In this document: positions 9,895 to 22,602 of the stretch, in pieces
Numbering within the stretch: position 1 is the stretch's first letter
Layout of the letters: each line of letters opens with the position of its first letter
DNA from: a virus
Taxonomy: Duplodnaviria; Heunggongvirae; Uroviricota; Caudoviricetes
IMG/VR virus record: IMGVR_UViG_2648501787_000007
Direction: 5' to 3' (one strand)
DNA length: 32,944 nt
Made by a program: the position numbers and the translations under genes
Notes under the pieces: model-generated
What the model saw: the letters and a program-made list of their open reading frames with translations, nothing else
Databases searched by the model: none
Told to the model about the DNA's origin: nothing

Positions 9895-10920
9895 TTACGC
9901 CAGTTGTACGGACACGAACTCATCAGGGTCAGCCAGCAGCATCAGCGGTGCTGACTGAATCATGGTGAACTCACGCGCCGGATCGCCGGTGGTCACCCAG
10001 TTTTTCGGGTAACGGGCAGAGGCGTTAATGCCTTCGCGCTGTGCGTCCGCATCCTGAATGCAGCCATAGGTGCGCAGACCGCGTGCATGAGTGTTACCCA
10101 GCACCATCGTGTTGTCCGGCAGGAAGTTCTTTTTGACGCCGTTTTCCACGTACTGTCCGGAATACACGACGATGGCCACATCGCCATACATTCCCTTATA
10201 AGACACCGCTTTGCCCAGGTCTTTTACCGCTGTCTCCAGTTCGGAATGAGAGCCGCGACGGGTATCCAGCTTCTCCCTGACGGCTTTGAAGGAACGGAAC
10301 AGCGCCCAGCCTTTCGGATCGAACACGATGATATTCACCACACCGCTGGCATTCAGCGCGTAGGCTTCGATATCGTCGGTCGGGTCATACGTGGACTTGT
10401 CACGCTTGCTCCACTCCGTGCCGCCGGACTGCGTGATGTTATTCTCCTCACTGCGGCCCATATCCACCTCAACCGGATCGAAGGCTTCACCGGTCATGGT
10501 GTATTTGCCCTTAAGCACGGCAGAAACTGCCTGCATCTCTTCGACCTGAGCAATGGCCAGCTCTTCGTCACGCATGTTCTGCATGATGATGCGACGGCGG
10601 CGGTAAGCCGGGTCCGCCAGATTCTGCGGATCTTCATCCGGCAGGCGACGCAGGGTCATCTGCGGATTCACTTCATGCTTCGGCTTGACATATCCCGGCG
10701 TAAATTCAGAGGTGGAGCCGCCACGGGAACGGATAACCTCACCGGAAACAATCGGCGAAACGTACAGCGCCATGTTTACCAGTCCCGGAATTTGTGAGAG
10801 ATAGACTTTCTCCGTGGTGAAGGGATAGCTCTCACGGAAAAAGAGACGCAGAAACAGCGGATCAAACTTAAATTTCTGCTCATTTGCCGCCAGCAGTTGG
10901 GCGGTTGTGTACATCGACAT
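9895..10920 (-). CDS. E: Major capsid protein E
   Basis: ORF contains MSMYTTAQLLAANEQKFKFDPLFLRLFFRESYPFTTEKVYL... ending ...DEFVSVQLA (341 aa from lambda-equivalent Met). Confidence 0.96.
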   Translation of the reverse strand: MSMYTTAQLLAANEQKFKFDPLFLRLFFRESYPFTTEKVYLSQIPGLVNMALYVSPIVSGEVIRSRGGSTSEFTPGYVKPKHEVNPQMTLRRLPDEDPQNLADPAYRRRRIIMQNMRDEELAIAQVEEMQAVSAVLKGKYTMTGEAFDPVEVDMGRSEENNITQSGGTEWSKRDKSTYDPTDDIEAYALNASGVVNIIVFDPKGWALFRSFKAVREKLDTRRGSHSELETAVKDLGKAVSYKGMYGDVAIVVYSGQYVENGVKKNFLPDNTMVLGNTHARGLRTYGCIQDADAQREGINASARYPKNWVTTGDPAREFTMIQSAPLMLLADPDEFVSVQLA

Positions 10921-10975
10921 AAAAAAATCCCGTAAAAAAAGCCGCACAGGCGGCCTTTAGTGATGAAGGGTAAAG

Positions 10976-11308
10976 TTAAACGATGCTGATTGCCGTTCCG
11001 GCAAACGCGGTCCGTTTTTTCGTCTCGTCGCTGGCAGCCTCCGGCCAGAGCACATCCTCATAACGGAACGTGCCGGACTTGTAGAACGTCAGCGTGGTGC
11101 TGGTCTGGTCAGCAGCAACCGCAAGAATGCCAACGGCAGCACCGTCGGTGGTGCCATCCCACGCAACCAGCTTACGGCTGGAGGTGTCCAGCATCAGCGG
11201 GGTCATTGCAGGCGCTTTCGCACTCAATCCGCCGGGCGCGGTTGCGGTATGAGCCGGGTCACTGTTGCCCAGCGGCTGGTAATGGGTAAAGGTTTCTTTG
11301 CTCGTCAT
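10976..11308 (-). CDS. D: Head decoration protein D
   Basis: ORF contains [52 protein letters not shown]..., matches lambda D. Confidence 0.95.
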   Translation of the reverse strand: MTSKETFTHYQPLGNSDPAHTATAPGGLSAKAPAMTPLMLDTSSRKLVAWDGTTDGAAVGILAVAADQTSTTLTFYKSGTFRYEDVLWPEAASDETKKRTAFAGTAISIV

Positions 11309-11317
11309 AAACATCCC

Positions 11318-11713
11318 TTACACTGGTGTGTTCAGCAAATCGTTAACGGCATCAGATGCCGGGTTACCTGCAGCCAGCGGTGCCGGTGCCCCCTGCATCA
11401 GACGATCCAGCGCAGTGTCACTGCGCGCCTGTGCACTCTGTGGTGCTGCGGCCAGAATGCGGCGGGCCGTTTCCACGGTCATACCGGGGGTTTCTGCCAG
11501 CACGCGTGCCTGTTCTTCGCGTCCGTGAGCCTCCTCACAGTTGAGGATCCCCATAATGCGGCTGTTTTCTGCCGCAACCGCTGCGGTGATCTGCGCGTTC
11601 ACGTCCGGCTGCGCCGCGCTGGCGTTTTCGCCCTCCGTCGCTGGCACCACGTCAGTAACGTCAGCCTGCGAAGCAGTGGCTGAAACAGTTGTTGATTGAG
11701 TCTCTTTGGTCAT
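11318..11713 (-). CDS. Nu3: Scaffolding protein Nu3, in-frame internal start within C
   Basis: Internal ATG at 11713 gives 131-aa MTKETQSTTVSATASQADVTDVVPATEGENASAAQPDV... in the C frame, as in lambda. Confidence 0.8.
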   Translation of the reverse strand: MTKETQSTTVSATASQADVTDVVPATEGENASAAQPDVNAQITAAVAAENSRIMGILNCEEAHGREEQARVLAETPGMTVETARRILAAAPQSAQARSDTALDRLMQGAPAPLAAGNPASDAVNDLLNTPV

Positions 11714-12617
11714 TCGCCCTCCTGAGAGACGGGATTTACGTGCATCCAGTGCATCACGCATGACGGTGATCGCATCGGTGCTGTTAACAAGTTCATCAGC
11801 CAGTCCGGCATCAATGGCCTCCTGACCGCTGTACACTGCAGCCTCGGTATCCAGCACAGCCTGCACGGACAGGCCGGTATATGCCGACACCTTCTGCGCA
11901 AACATCTGGCGGGTTGCGTCCATCCGGGACTGCAGTGTCTCCCGGACGTCATCCGGAAGATGGCTGTAGGGGTTGCCATCCACCTTATGGCTGCCGCTGT
12001 AAATCAGCGTGATTTCCACACCCTGTTTCTCCAGCGCAGCACCGTAATTACTGTGAGCCATCATGACGCCGATGGAGCCTGTCCGGGCGGTCTGCGTGAC
12101 CAGACGCCGGGAGGCGGCACTGGCAAGCAACTGACCTGCACTGCAGTTCATGTCGTTGGCAAGCGCCCATACCGGTTTTATGTCACGCACACGGGCGATG
12201 ATGTCAGCGCAGTCAAATGCCCCCGCCACCATCCCGCCGGGCGTGTCCATATCGAGCAGAATGCCGTCCACCATCGGATCGCTGGCAGCCTGTTGCAGAC
12301 GGGCGATAATGCCGTTGTAACCGGTCATCCCCGAGTACGGCTGCAGCGCCCGCGTCCGGCTGACCAGCGTGCCGGACACCGGCAGCACGGCGATGCCGTT
12401 CATGACCTGATAACTGCGGGTCTGTCGTGGTCCGTCATCATCACCGGATAATGCCAGCGTCGCGAGTGCCTCCTGGGCAGTCAGGCTGTCGCCGGACACC
12501 GCATCCGTCAGGCGGCTGATCCCAAGCTGGCCTGCAAGCGCACAAAAGAAAACCCGCGCATAGGCGGGTTCAAGCATCAGCGGCTCATTAAAGGCCATGC
12601 TGGCAATATGCGGGAGA

Positions 12618-12637
<20 letters not shown>
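11318..12637 (-). CDS. C: Capsid assembly protease C (start taken at the lambda-equivalent codon, GTG here)
   Basis: ORF 11318-12772 contains (V)TAELRNLPHIASMAFNEPLMLEPAYARVFFCALAGQLG... matching lambda C. Confidence 0.9.
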
Positions 12638-16318
<3,681 letters not shown>

Positions 16319-16344
<26 letters not shown>

Positions 16345-16864
16345 TCAGCAACCCCGGTATCAGTTCATCCAGCGCGGCTGCTTTGTTCATGGCTTTGATG
16401 ATATCCCGTTTCAGGAAATCAACATGTCGGTTTTCCAGTTCCGGAAAACGCCGCTGCACCGACAGGGGGATCCCGTCGAGAATACTGGCAATTTCACCTG
16501 CGATCCGCGACAGCACGAAAGAACAGAATGCGGTTTCCACCACTTCAGCGGAGTCTCTGGCATTTTTCAGCTCCTGTGCGTCGGCCTGCGCACGCGTAAG
16601 TCGATGGCGTTCGTACTCAATAGTCCCTGGCTGGAGATCTGTCTCGCTGGCCTGTCGCAGTTCTTCAACCTCCCGGCGCAGCTTTTCGTTCTCAATTTCA
16701 GCATCCCTTTCGGCATACCATTTTATGACGGCGGCAGAGTCATAAAGCACCTCATTACCCTTCCCACCGCCTCGCAGAACGGGCATTCCCTGCTCCTGCC
16801 AGTTCTGAATGGTACGGATACTCGCGCCGAAAATGTCAGCCAGCTGCTTTTTGTTGACTTCCAT
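16319..16864 (-). CDS. Nu1: Terminase small subunit Nu1
   Basis: 181-aa ORF MEVNKKQLADIFGASIRTIQNWQEQGMPVLRGGGKGNEVLYDSAAVIKWYAERD..., matches lambda Nu1. Confidence 0.97.
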
Positions 16865-17060
16865 TGTTCATTCCACGGACAAAAACAGAGAAAGGAAACG
16901 ACAGAAGCCAAAAAGCCCGTTTTCAGCACCTGTCGTTTCCTTTCTTTTTAGAGGGTGTTTTAAATAAAAACATTAAGTTACGACGAAGAAGAACGGAAAC
17001 GCCTTAAACCGGAAAATTTTCATAAATAGCGAAAACCCGCGCGCCTTCCGCCCCGTAACG
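16865..17060 (-). other. cos: cos region: cosN near 17042-17053 plus cosB terminase-binding region upstream of Nu1
   Basis: Minus strand reads ...CGTTACG GGGCGGAAGGCG CGCGGGTTTTCGCTATTTATGAAAATTTTCCGGTTTAAGGCGTTTCCGTTCTTCTTCG..., nearly identical to the lambda left-end/cosB sequence as recalled. Confidence 0.7.
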
Positions 17061-17232
17061 TTCTGGATCGCCGGAAAGGACCCGAAAATGATAATACATA
17101 TCAATTACACTTAAAGGGGGGGGGTTAATTTGTTCACATCAACACTCCGGACCCCAATGGCCTTCTACTCTGGTTTTGCCATAAAATAGTCCTGATACAT
17201 ATTCATATCAGTTAGTCATATACGGAAAAAAT

Positions 17233-17559
17233 ATGGGCATTACTATTTTCAGCAGTGAAATACAGGATGTTGATAGCGAAGCGATGTACAAGAGTTGGCT
17301 AGCAACCCATTCCGATGGATTCGTTATTAATCTGCTTAAGTCGGCCAGCGGGAAAGGCAGAAAAAATGATGCCAGATTTACGCGGATTCATCGAGCCTCA
17401 TGCAAATCAATCAACCCGTTAATCAGCCCAAAAAATCACGCCGGCTTTACTACTGGCCGATACCAAAAAGTATGTGTTCTTACGCTTGACGAGGCCGAGT
17501 CCACCGCAGGCCAACTAACAGGACTGCCAACCATCCAGAGATGTCATTGGTGTATATAA
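17233..17559 (+). CDS. Hypothetical 108-aa protein in the cos-proximal AT-rich island
   Basis: ORF MGITIFSSEIQDVDSEAMYKSWLATHSDGF...IQRCHWCI; no recognisable family, weak ribosome-binding site. Confidence 0.35.
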   Translation: MGITIFSSEIQDVDSEAMYKSWLATHSDGFVINLLKSASGKGRKNDARFTRIHRASCKSINPLISPKNHAGFTTGRYQKVCVLTLDEAESTAGQLTGLPTIQRCHWCI

Positions 17560-17603
17560 GATACTGCAGTTACGATGGGCCTGCCCATGATGACGGAATA
17601 ATA

Positions 17604-17622
17604 AACCGCCAAAAAGGCGGTT
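17604..17622. terminator. Bidirectional intrinsic terminator-like hairpin between convergent ORFs
   Basis: AACCGCC-AAAAA-GGCGGTT inverted repeat flanked by T-rich tracts on both strands, between the ORF ending 17559 (+) and the ORF ending 17624 (-). Confidence 0.45.
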
Positions 17623-17623
17623 A

Positions 17624-17911
17624 TTAAATTTGACCTCTTGACTTTTCTATTTCATAAAGACCCACTCCATCTCCTGCATCAAGCAATGCATAATATTCAG
17701 GGTCTTTAATTCGATCTATCTGATTTGAAATTTCAAGTAACTCATCCTTTAAAGAATCTACTTCAGAGGCTAATCTTTCATTTTCATCCCTCAGCTCCCT
17801 AACTTCTTGCTGTAAAGACAGTAAGCTCTTCCCGGTTGCTGGAAATCGGTTTATCTCATGCCAGATTGCAACTATTAAAGCTAATACCGCAACGGTTAAA
17901 GATGTCATCAT
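17624..17911 (-). CDS. Hypothetical 95-aa protein, N-terminal transmembrane helix plus coiled coil
   Basis: ORF MMTSLTVAVLALIVAIWHEINRFPATGKSLLSLQQEVRELRDENERLASEVDSLKDELLEISNQIDRIK...; hydrophobic N-terminus then heptad-like charged segment. Confidence 0.4.
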   Translation of the reverse strand: MMTSLTVAVLALIVAIWHEINRFPATGKSLLSLQQEVRELRDENERLASEVDSLKDELLEISNQIDRIKDPEYYALLDAGDGVGLYEIEKSRGQI

Positions 17912-18018
17912 TGGTCTCCCTTTACTTTACAGGATATAGCACCATCACAGACACTCTACGAGATCCTGTGATGGTGAGATTAGAATGGAGGCTGTCTATG
18001 GTGATGCACCTGTGGATG

Positions 18019-18558
18019 TTATGATTTTTCGATCATTTTTATTACATTTTTGGCTGGCTTAATTTTCATCGTATCGCCGGTAGCAAGGTGCACAAGCAAC
18101 ATTAATTTGCGAACGTTGCCGCCCTGTTCCCATATCTTATTTTTCATATCTCTGGCCCAGTCGCCATTAGTATCATTTTGAATAAAGAAAAATGCATATT
18201 CGCCATGCTCAATTTTTTTTGGTAAATCGTCACCAAACCCACCCCCCAGAATCTGAAGTAGTGAGTTTTTTGTACCGAACGTCCATGTTACTGAAGTTAT
18301 AGTTGCGGTTTGAATGCCAACATTTGCAATGTTGATCGTAACTCCAAACGTGCTCACATTTTGGCCTGTGATGCCCCCAAGCGATACTGTTCCTCTTAAC
18401 TTCGGTCGAGGTCGACGGTTAGAAATATATAAAGTCAGGCATACTGCCATAAAGGTTGCAATGCCTGAAAACCACGTTCCTACCATTGACCAAAAAGCCC
18501 ATTCTGCTGTATTTCTAGTGGCAACCAATGATTCGTAAGCTATATAATCTGCGTTCAT
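18019..18558 (-). CDS. Hypothetical 179-aa membrane-anchored protein
   Basis: Internal ATG at 18558 preceded by GAGGTG Shine-Dalgarno; MNADYIAYESLVATRNTAEWAFWSMVGTWFSGIATFMAVCLTLYI... with one predicted TM helix; the ORF-track N-terminal extension to 18762 crosses a GC-rich segment that is probably non-coding. Confidence 0.45.
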   Translation of the reverse strand: MNADYIAYESLVATRNTAEWAFWSMVGTWFSGIATFMAVCLTLYISNRRPRPKLRGTVSLGGITGQNVSTFGVTINIANVGIQTATITSVTWTFGTKNSLLQILGGGFGDDLPKKIEHGEYAFFFIQNDTNGDWARDMKNKIWEQGGNVRKLMLLVHLATGDTMKIKPAKNVIKMIEKS

Positions 18559-18876
18559 CTTCACCTCATTTATCGATGAAGTGATTGTAACTAAAAGCAT
18601 TATCGCAAGCACTAAGTGAATGCCAACCACACTCTCGCAGTAGCTGCGCTCATTCCCTTGAGGCCATGTGTCAGGGGTATCTCGTGAATCCCTCACCACT
18701 AACCGGAAGCTGACTGGCGACCAGCCTGGAGTACCGGTGCGCTTCTTCCCGTTACCCCTCACCAGTACGCCCTCAGCTTTTTACCTGAGACTGGCTACCC
18801 GCAACTTTGGGTATTCGGGGCAGCATCATGACTGCTGCATTGGCGCCACTTGCCACGGTCCGTCCGCTTTACTGCT

Positions 18877-19134
18877 TCATAGCTTGATCCTCTCTGCTTC
18901 AATTTTTCGAATATCAGCTTTATCTCGGTTACAGGTCGCCAGCGCGGAAAGCAGACTGACATTCAAATCCAGACTGCCCCCATAGGTCAGCGGATCAGGA
19001 ATAACTGGTTGTGGGGTCTCAGTGGTCAGATTCGCCGGTAGCGGTACCGCTGGAACTGGTACGTAAACTGTCCGCGTACCGGCGCAGCCGTTCAGCTGCA
19101 CGAGCAGGAACAGGACGGGCAGCGCAATCATCAT
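18877..19134 (-). CDS. Rz1: o-spanin (Rz1-like outer-membrane lipoprotein), overlapping the 3' end of Rz in another frame
   Basis: From internal Met: MMIALPVLFLLVQLNGCAGTRTVYVPVPAVPLPANLTTETPQPVIPDP...; signal peptide, Cys lipobox-like site, proline-rich, starts inside Rz. Confidence 0.6.
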   Translation of the reverse strand: MMIALPVLFLLVQLNGCAGTRTVYVPVPAVPLPANLTTETPQPVIPDPLTYGGSLDLNVSLLSALATCNRDKADIRKIEAERIKL

Positions 19135-19411
19135 TCGCAACAGCCGTTTTGATATCTGTCTGGGTTCTCTGTGACTCCAGTGCAATCTGCTGTTTTGCAT
19201 GCTGGCTAGCCTCCAGAACTGTATTGACGATTTGCAGTGATTGCAGGACGTTATTGGTAATGACAGTTGCCGATTTGGCATTTTGTACAGCCTCATCAGC
19301 ACGTTTCTTTTCGTGCTGATATTTGCTGTAGTAGTGGTTGGCAGACCAGATGAAAGAACCGATGACAGTAACGAGAAAAGCAGCGATAACCAGCTTATAG
19401 CTCAACTTCAT
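19019..19411 (-). CDS. Rz: i-spanin (Rz-like), N-terminal TM helix and coiled coil
   Basis: 130-aa ORF MKLSYKLVIAAFLVTVIGSFIWSANHYYSKYQHEKKRADEAVQNAKSATV... immediately downstream of the endolysin. Confidence 0.8.
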   Translation of the reverse strand: MKLSYKLVIAAFLVTVIGSFIWSANHYYSKYQHEKKRADEAVQNAKSATVITNNVLQSLQIVNTVLEASQHAKQQIALESQRTQTDIKTAVANDDCAARPVPARAAERLRRYADSLRTSSSGTATGESDH

Positions 19412-19871
19412 TTACCACCCCACCAGCCTCTTTAAATCGGGAAATCAGGTCACCGATTTTATGTTCATACTGACCGTAACCTGCTCCGGGTAACGAAGCC
19501 CAGATATTGCTGCAACAGTCGATTGCCTGACGGATGTCACCGCGATCAATCATTAGTAAAGCACCACGCTCCTTAATCTGCTGCAATGCAACAGCATCCT
19601 GGCTTTTAGGAGAGAAGTCTGTCAGCCCTAACTGCTTGCGGTAAGCATCCCACCAGCGTGAAAGAAGTTGATAACGGCCTGCGGCTGTTGATTTGAGTTT
19701 CGGGTTTAGCGTGACAAGTTTTCGAGGGTGATCGGAGTAATCAGTGAAGAGTTCGCCACCGACAATAACGTCATAACCGCGGTTACGTGTCGGTTGTCGC
19801 ACGTTATCCGTTCCTTCTGACCACGCCAACATATCGAGGAAAGCTTTACGCTGAGGATTAAGATTTTGCAT
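19395..19871 (-). CDS. R: Endolysin R (lambda-type lytic transglycosylase)
   Basis: 158-aa ORF ...QRKAFLDMLAWSEGTDN...GYDVIVGGELFTDYSDHPRKLVTLNPKLKSTAAGRYQLLSRWWDAYRKQLGL..., matches lambda R. Confidence 0.95.
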   Translation of the reverse strand: MQNLNPQRKAFLDMLAWSEGTDNVRQPTRNRGYDVIVGGELFTDYSDHPRKLVTLNPKLKSTAAGRYQLLSRWWDAYRKQLGLTDFSPKSQDAVALQQIKERGALLMIDRGDIRQAIDCCSNIWASLPGAGYGQYEHKIGDLISRFKEAGGVVNEVEL

Positions 19872-20175
19872 TTTTCACCCCTGTCAGTCGTTCCCAGAAG
19901 TACGTCAGTGCAACCGAGCCCATCGCACCACTAATCCCCGCTGTCGCGAGAATCATGTAAATACTGAATCCACTTTCGATACTGATCAGGCCACCAATAA
20001 CACCGGTGAATCCCGATACCACTATCTGAGCCAGAGCATTTATCCAGCTCCACGTTGCTTTACTTTGCTTCACATCTATCAGATAGCGGACCAGACCGCC
20101 CCAACCTGCGATGATCAGCAAAACGAGCCAGAACGCTCCGGCAAGGCTCTCTTTTTCGTGCATATGAATAGCCAA
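19858..20175 (-). CDS. Holin (not lambda S by sequence; possible dual start MAIHM)
   Basis: 105-aa ORF with three hydrophobic segments, immediately upstream of and overlapping the endolysin start. Confidence 0.65.
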   Translation of the reverse strand: MAIHMHEKESLAGAFWLVLLIIAGWGGLVRYLIDVKQSKATWSWINALAQIVVSGFTGVIGGLISIESGFSIYMILATAGISGAMGSVALTYFWERLTGVKNAKS

Positions 20176-20391
20176 TGTTTCGCCGCCGACGAAAGGCCGG
20201 GACGCTAATGATTAAAAACTTACATGGGAAATATTGTTATAAACAGTCAACTCAAAATAACTAAAAAATCTTATAACTAAGCGAATGGCCTTCAAAAGCC
20301 GATCCATGCAACTTGCATAAAACGATCTTTATCAATGAGTTACATGTGTGGTTAAATACCATGCTTTAAGGACTAAGAGCATTACCAGCAG

Positions 20392-21195
20392 ATGACAGAA
20401 AAAGATAACATTGGTAAGTTAATTTGGCATATTGCTTGCGATGAATCTGGCATTGATGGGCAACGTTTCTACGGCTTTGGCAGTCTGTGGATGAAGTACC
20501 AACGCCGTGGGGATTTCTGTCAACTAATCAGAGAACTACGTAGCAAACATGGTTTTTTTGAAGAAATAAAATGGCAAAAAGCCCATTCAAAAAGATACTC
20601 TGAATTTTATCTTGAGCTGATCGACTTATTCTTTAGAGTTCCTTGGCTAGCTTTTCATTGTATCGTGGTTGAAAAATCAATAGTAAACAAGACATTTCAT
20701 AATGGGGATTATGACCTGGCAAGGAGAAAGCACTTCACAAATCTCATTACCACAAAAATTAGCTCTGTAATTTCTGCACACCCTGAAAGAGACAGTTACT
20801 TCAGGATTGAAGTTGATCCTATCGCATCTCGTTATAAAAAGGCCGATGAAGAACTAAATGTTATTGCCAATAACATATTGAATAGAAAATTTGGTCGTAA
20901 AGGGATAATCAGCAGTGTAGTGACAAAAGACTCTAAAGCATCTGAAAACATTCAGCTAGCCGATTTTTTCTTAGGTGCGGTTATGTGCGCATATCAAGGA
21001 AAAGCTTCATCTGAAGCCAAAATAAGAGTATCAAACTATGTTGCTTCATATTTAGGCTGGGATCATTTGCAATATGATACATGGCACACTGAGAGAAAAT
21101 TTAATATCTGGTATTTTTATGATAAAACTCGAGGGCCACGAGATATAGAAACTCAAAATGTTAGCTTAAAGTATCCACTTCCCCAAAAGAAATAG
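20392..21195 (+). CDS. DUF3800-like protein (putative RNase H-fold hydrolase), moron gene antisense to the late leader
   Basis: 267-aa ORF MTEKDNIGKLIWHIACDESGIDGQRFYGFGSL... with N-terminal DESG and C-terminal IQLADFFLGAV motifs recalled as typical of DUF3800; AT-rich; opposite strand to all flanking late genes. Confidence 0.45.
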   Translation: MTEKDNIGKLIWHIACDESGIDGQRFYGFGSLWMKYQRRGDFCQLIRELRSKHGFFEEIKWQKAHSKRYSEFYLELIDLFFRVPWLAFHCIVVEKSIVNKTFHNGDYDLARRKHFTNLITTKISSVISAHPERDSYFRIEVDPIASRYKKADEELNVIANNILNRKFGRKGIISSVVTKDSKASENIQLADFFLGAVMCAYQGKASSEAKIRVSNYVASYLGWDHLQYDTWHTERKFNIWYFYDKTRGPRDIETQNVSLKYPLPQKK

Positions 21196-21314
21196 ACGTC
21201 GACCTCTCAGCCGACACGGTTGGAGTCCCAGACCAATTATCGAGTCGAAGTTACCAACTTGGCGGTTATCTTTTGGGAGCCGCCCCTTCATTCCCAAAAC
21301 CTTTATTGCAGAAA

Positions 21315-21343
21315 AATCTATATCCTGGAAATTGGATAGTCAA
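21315..21343 (-). promoter_or_regulatory. Late promoter pR'-like: -35 TTGACT, 17-bp spacer, -10 TAGATT, downstream of the Q-like gene
   Basis: Minus strand TTGACTATCCAATTTCCAGGATATAGATT read directly; resembles the lambda pR' -35 TTGACT as recalled. Confidence 0.5.
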
Positions 21344-21416
21344 CCCTTACGACACCTACGAACAGTTGCACATACAACATTGGCAAAATATCAGATTTAC
21401 ACGGAATATATGCCTT

Positions 21417-22106
21417 TCAATCCAGTTTTGCAATACTTTGCTGTGAAAATGTCGTCTTTTGTTTTGAACGTGTTCTCGTTACAAGCAATAAAGCTTCGCT
21501 ATCAAGCTGTAGAAAAATGTGCTTCATTGCAACCCAGCGTTCAGTAAATGTCTCAGACCAGTTTTTTGATGTCACTCCCACCAGTGATGCCAGCTCCTGG
21601 TATTCATAGGTCTTACGCCCTGCCAGCTCGTTCTTCACATCCTGTGCCGCCAGCCAGATCAACTTCTTCAAACGTTCCAGTGTCTTACCTGCAATTTTTC
21701 TGGTACCCAACAGAGTCTTAAACTCGCTCCATGCCCACTGCGTTATGGTGACCTGATGTTCCCAGCGAACACTTTCGCTGTAACTCCACAGCAACCACGC
21801 TTTCTGATGTTCTTCGAGAGACAGAACCGCGCGGCGCCATGACGAGGTTGAGAACTCAACCTGGCTTACCAGTGCAATGGATGAACCTTTTGCGTACGAC
21901 TGCTTACCGGAAATCGGCGGATTATCCAGCGTAATCATCCTGCCAGTTACCTCATCCAGAATGCGCAGCTTCTTTCGTTTGTATTTACCAGTATCAAATT
22001 GTGCATGCTCCAGCCAGGCTTCAAGCTGTCCTTTCGTTGCTCCGCTCAAATCAGCGGTAGCCACAATGAGTTGCTCGCGGACATACTGTAAATATTGGGT
22101 ATTCAT
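21417..22106 (-). CDS. Putative late-gene antiterminator Q (not lambda Q by sequence)
   Basis: 229-aa ORF MNTQYLQYVREQLIVATADLSGATKGQLEAWLEH... between rusA and a pR'-like promoter and lysis cassette; assignment by position, not by sequence. Confidence 0.55.
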   Translation of the reverse strand: MNTQYLQYVREQLIVATADLSGATKGQLEAWLEHAQFDTGKYKRKKLRILDEVTGRMITLDNPPISGKQSYAKGSSIALVSQVEFSTSSWRRAVLSLEEHQKAWLLWSYSESVRWEHQVTITQWAWSEFKTLLGTRKIAGKTLERLKKLIWLAAQDVKNELAGRKTYEYQELASLVGVTSKNWSETFTERWVAMKHIFLQLDSEALLLVTRTRSKQKTTFSQQSIAKLD

Positions 22107-22239
22107 GCGGCAGCTCCTTTCAGTGTTTTGGCGTAATTCTTCAGTATCCGGTAATCGGTCAAAACAGAACCAGGAAAACGATATAAGCGCAGGCGCACCC
22201 AGCGGCGGCGAAGACGCTCTGCCATATAAGACTCAAACA

Positions 22240-22602
22240 TCATTCATTCCCCAGTTCAGTGATGGTCAGTTCCAGCCTCCCACCTTTGGTAACAGGCATC
22301 TTCACAACGCGGTAATCAACGACCTGAGCATCATCCAGCCAGAAACCTGCTTTAGTGAGTGCGTCAAAAGCGGCTTTTTGCAGATTATCCAGGTCACGGC
22401 GACGGCGATCCGGCATGTGGCACTCAATGCGGATTTTCACAGGCATAGCCAGACCGATATCCAGCATTGAGCCTTTAATGATTCGGGCGACGTTATCACG
22501 GTATGCCTGCCCTTCTGCGCTGATGTGCGTGCGCCCGCGATTATGCCTGTAGTAGCGGTTATTGCTCGGCGGCCAGGGTAGTGTGATGTGGTAAGTATTC
22601 AC
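22240..22602 (-). CDS. rusA: Holliday junction resolvase RusA (start taken at GTG, 120 aa)
   Basis: ORF contains (V)[103 protein letters not shown]..., near-identical to E. coli RusA. Confidence 0.9.
   Translation of the reverse strand: MNTYHITLPWPPSNNRYYRHNRGRTHISAEGQAYRDNVARIIKGSMLDIGLAMPVKIRIECHMPDRRRRDLDNLQKAAFDALTKAGFWLDDAQVVDYRVVKMPVTKGGRLELTITELGNE

Noticed and set aside
18660-18760. Possible tRNA gene in the GC-rich segment (a GTGAATCCC stretch resembles a T-loop)
   Set aside because: No canonical T-arm (GTTCRANYC) or acceptor stem/CCA context could be built by eye; kept only as a generic possible structured RNA
20176-21416. Shiga toxin or another toxin cargo between Q and the holin
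   Set aside because: The only substantial ORF is on the opposite strand and shows no AB5 toxin features (no signal peptides, no stxA/stxB-sized gene pair)
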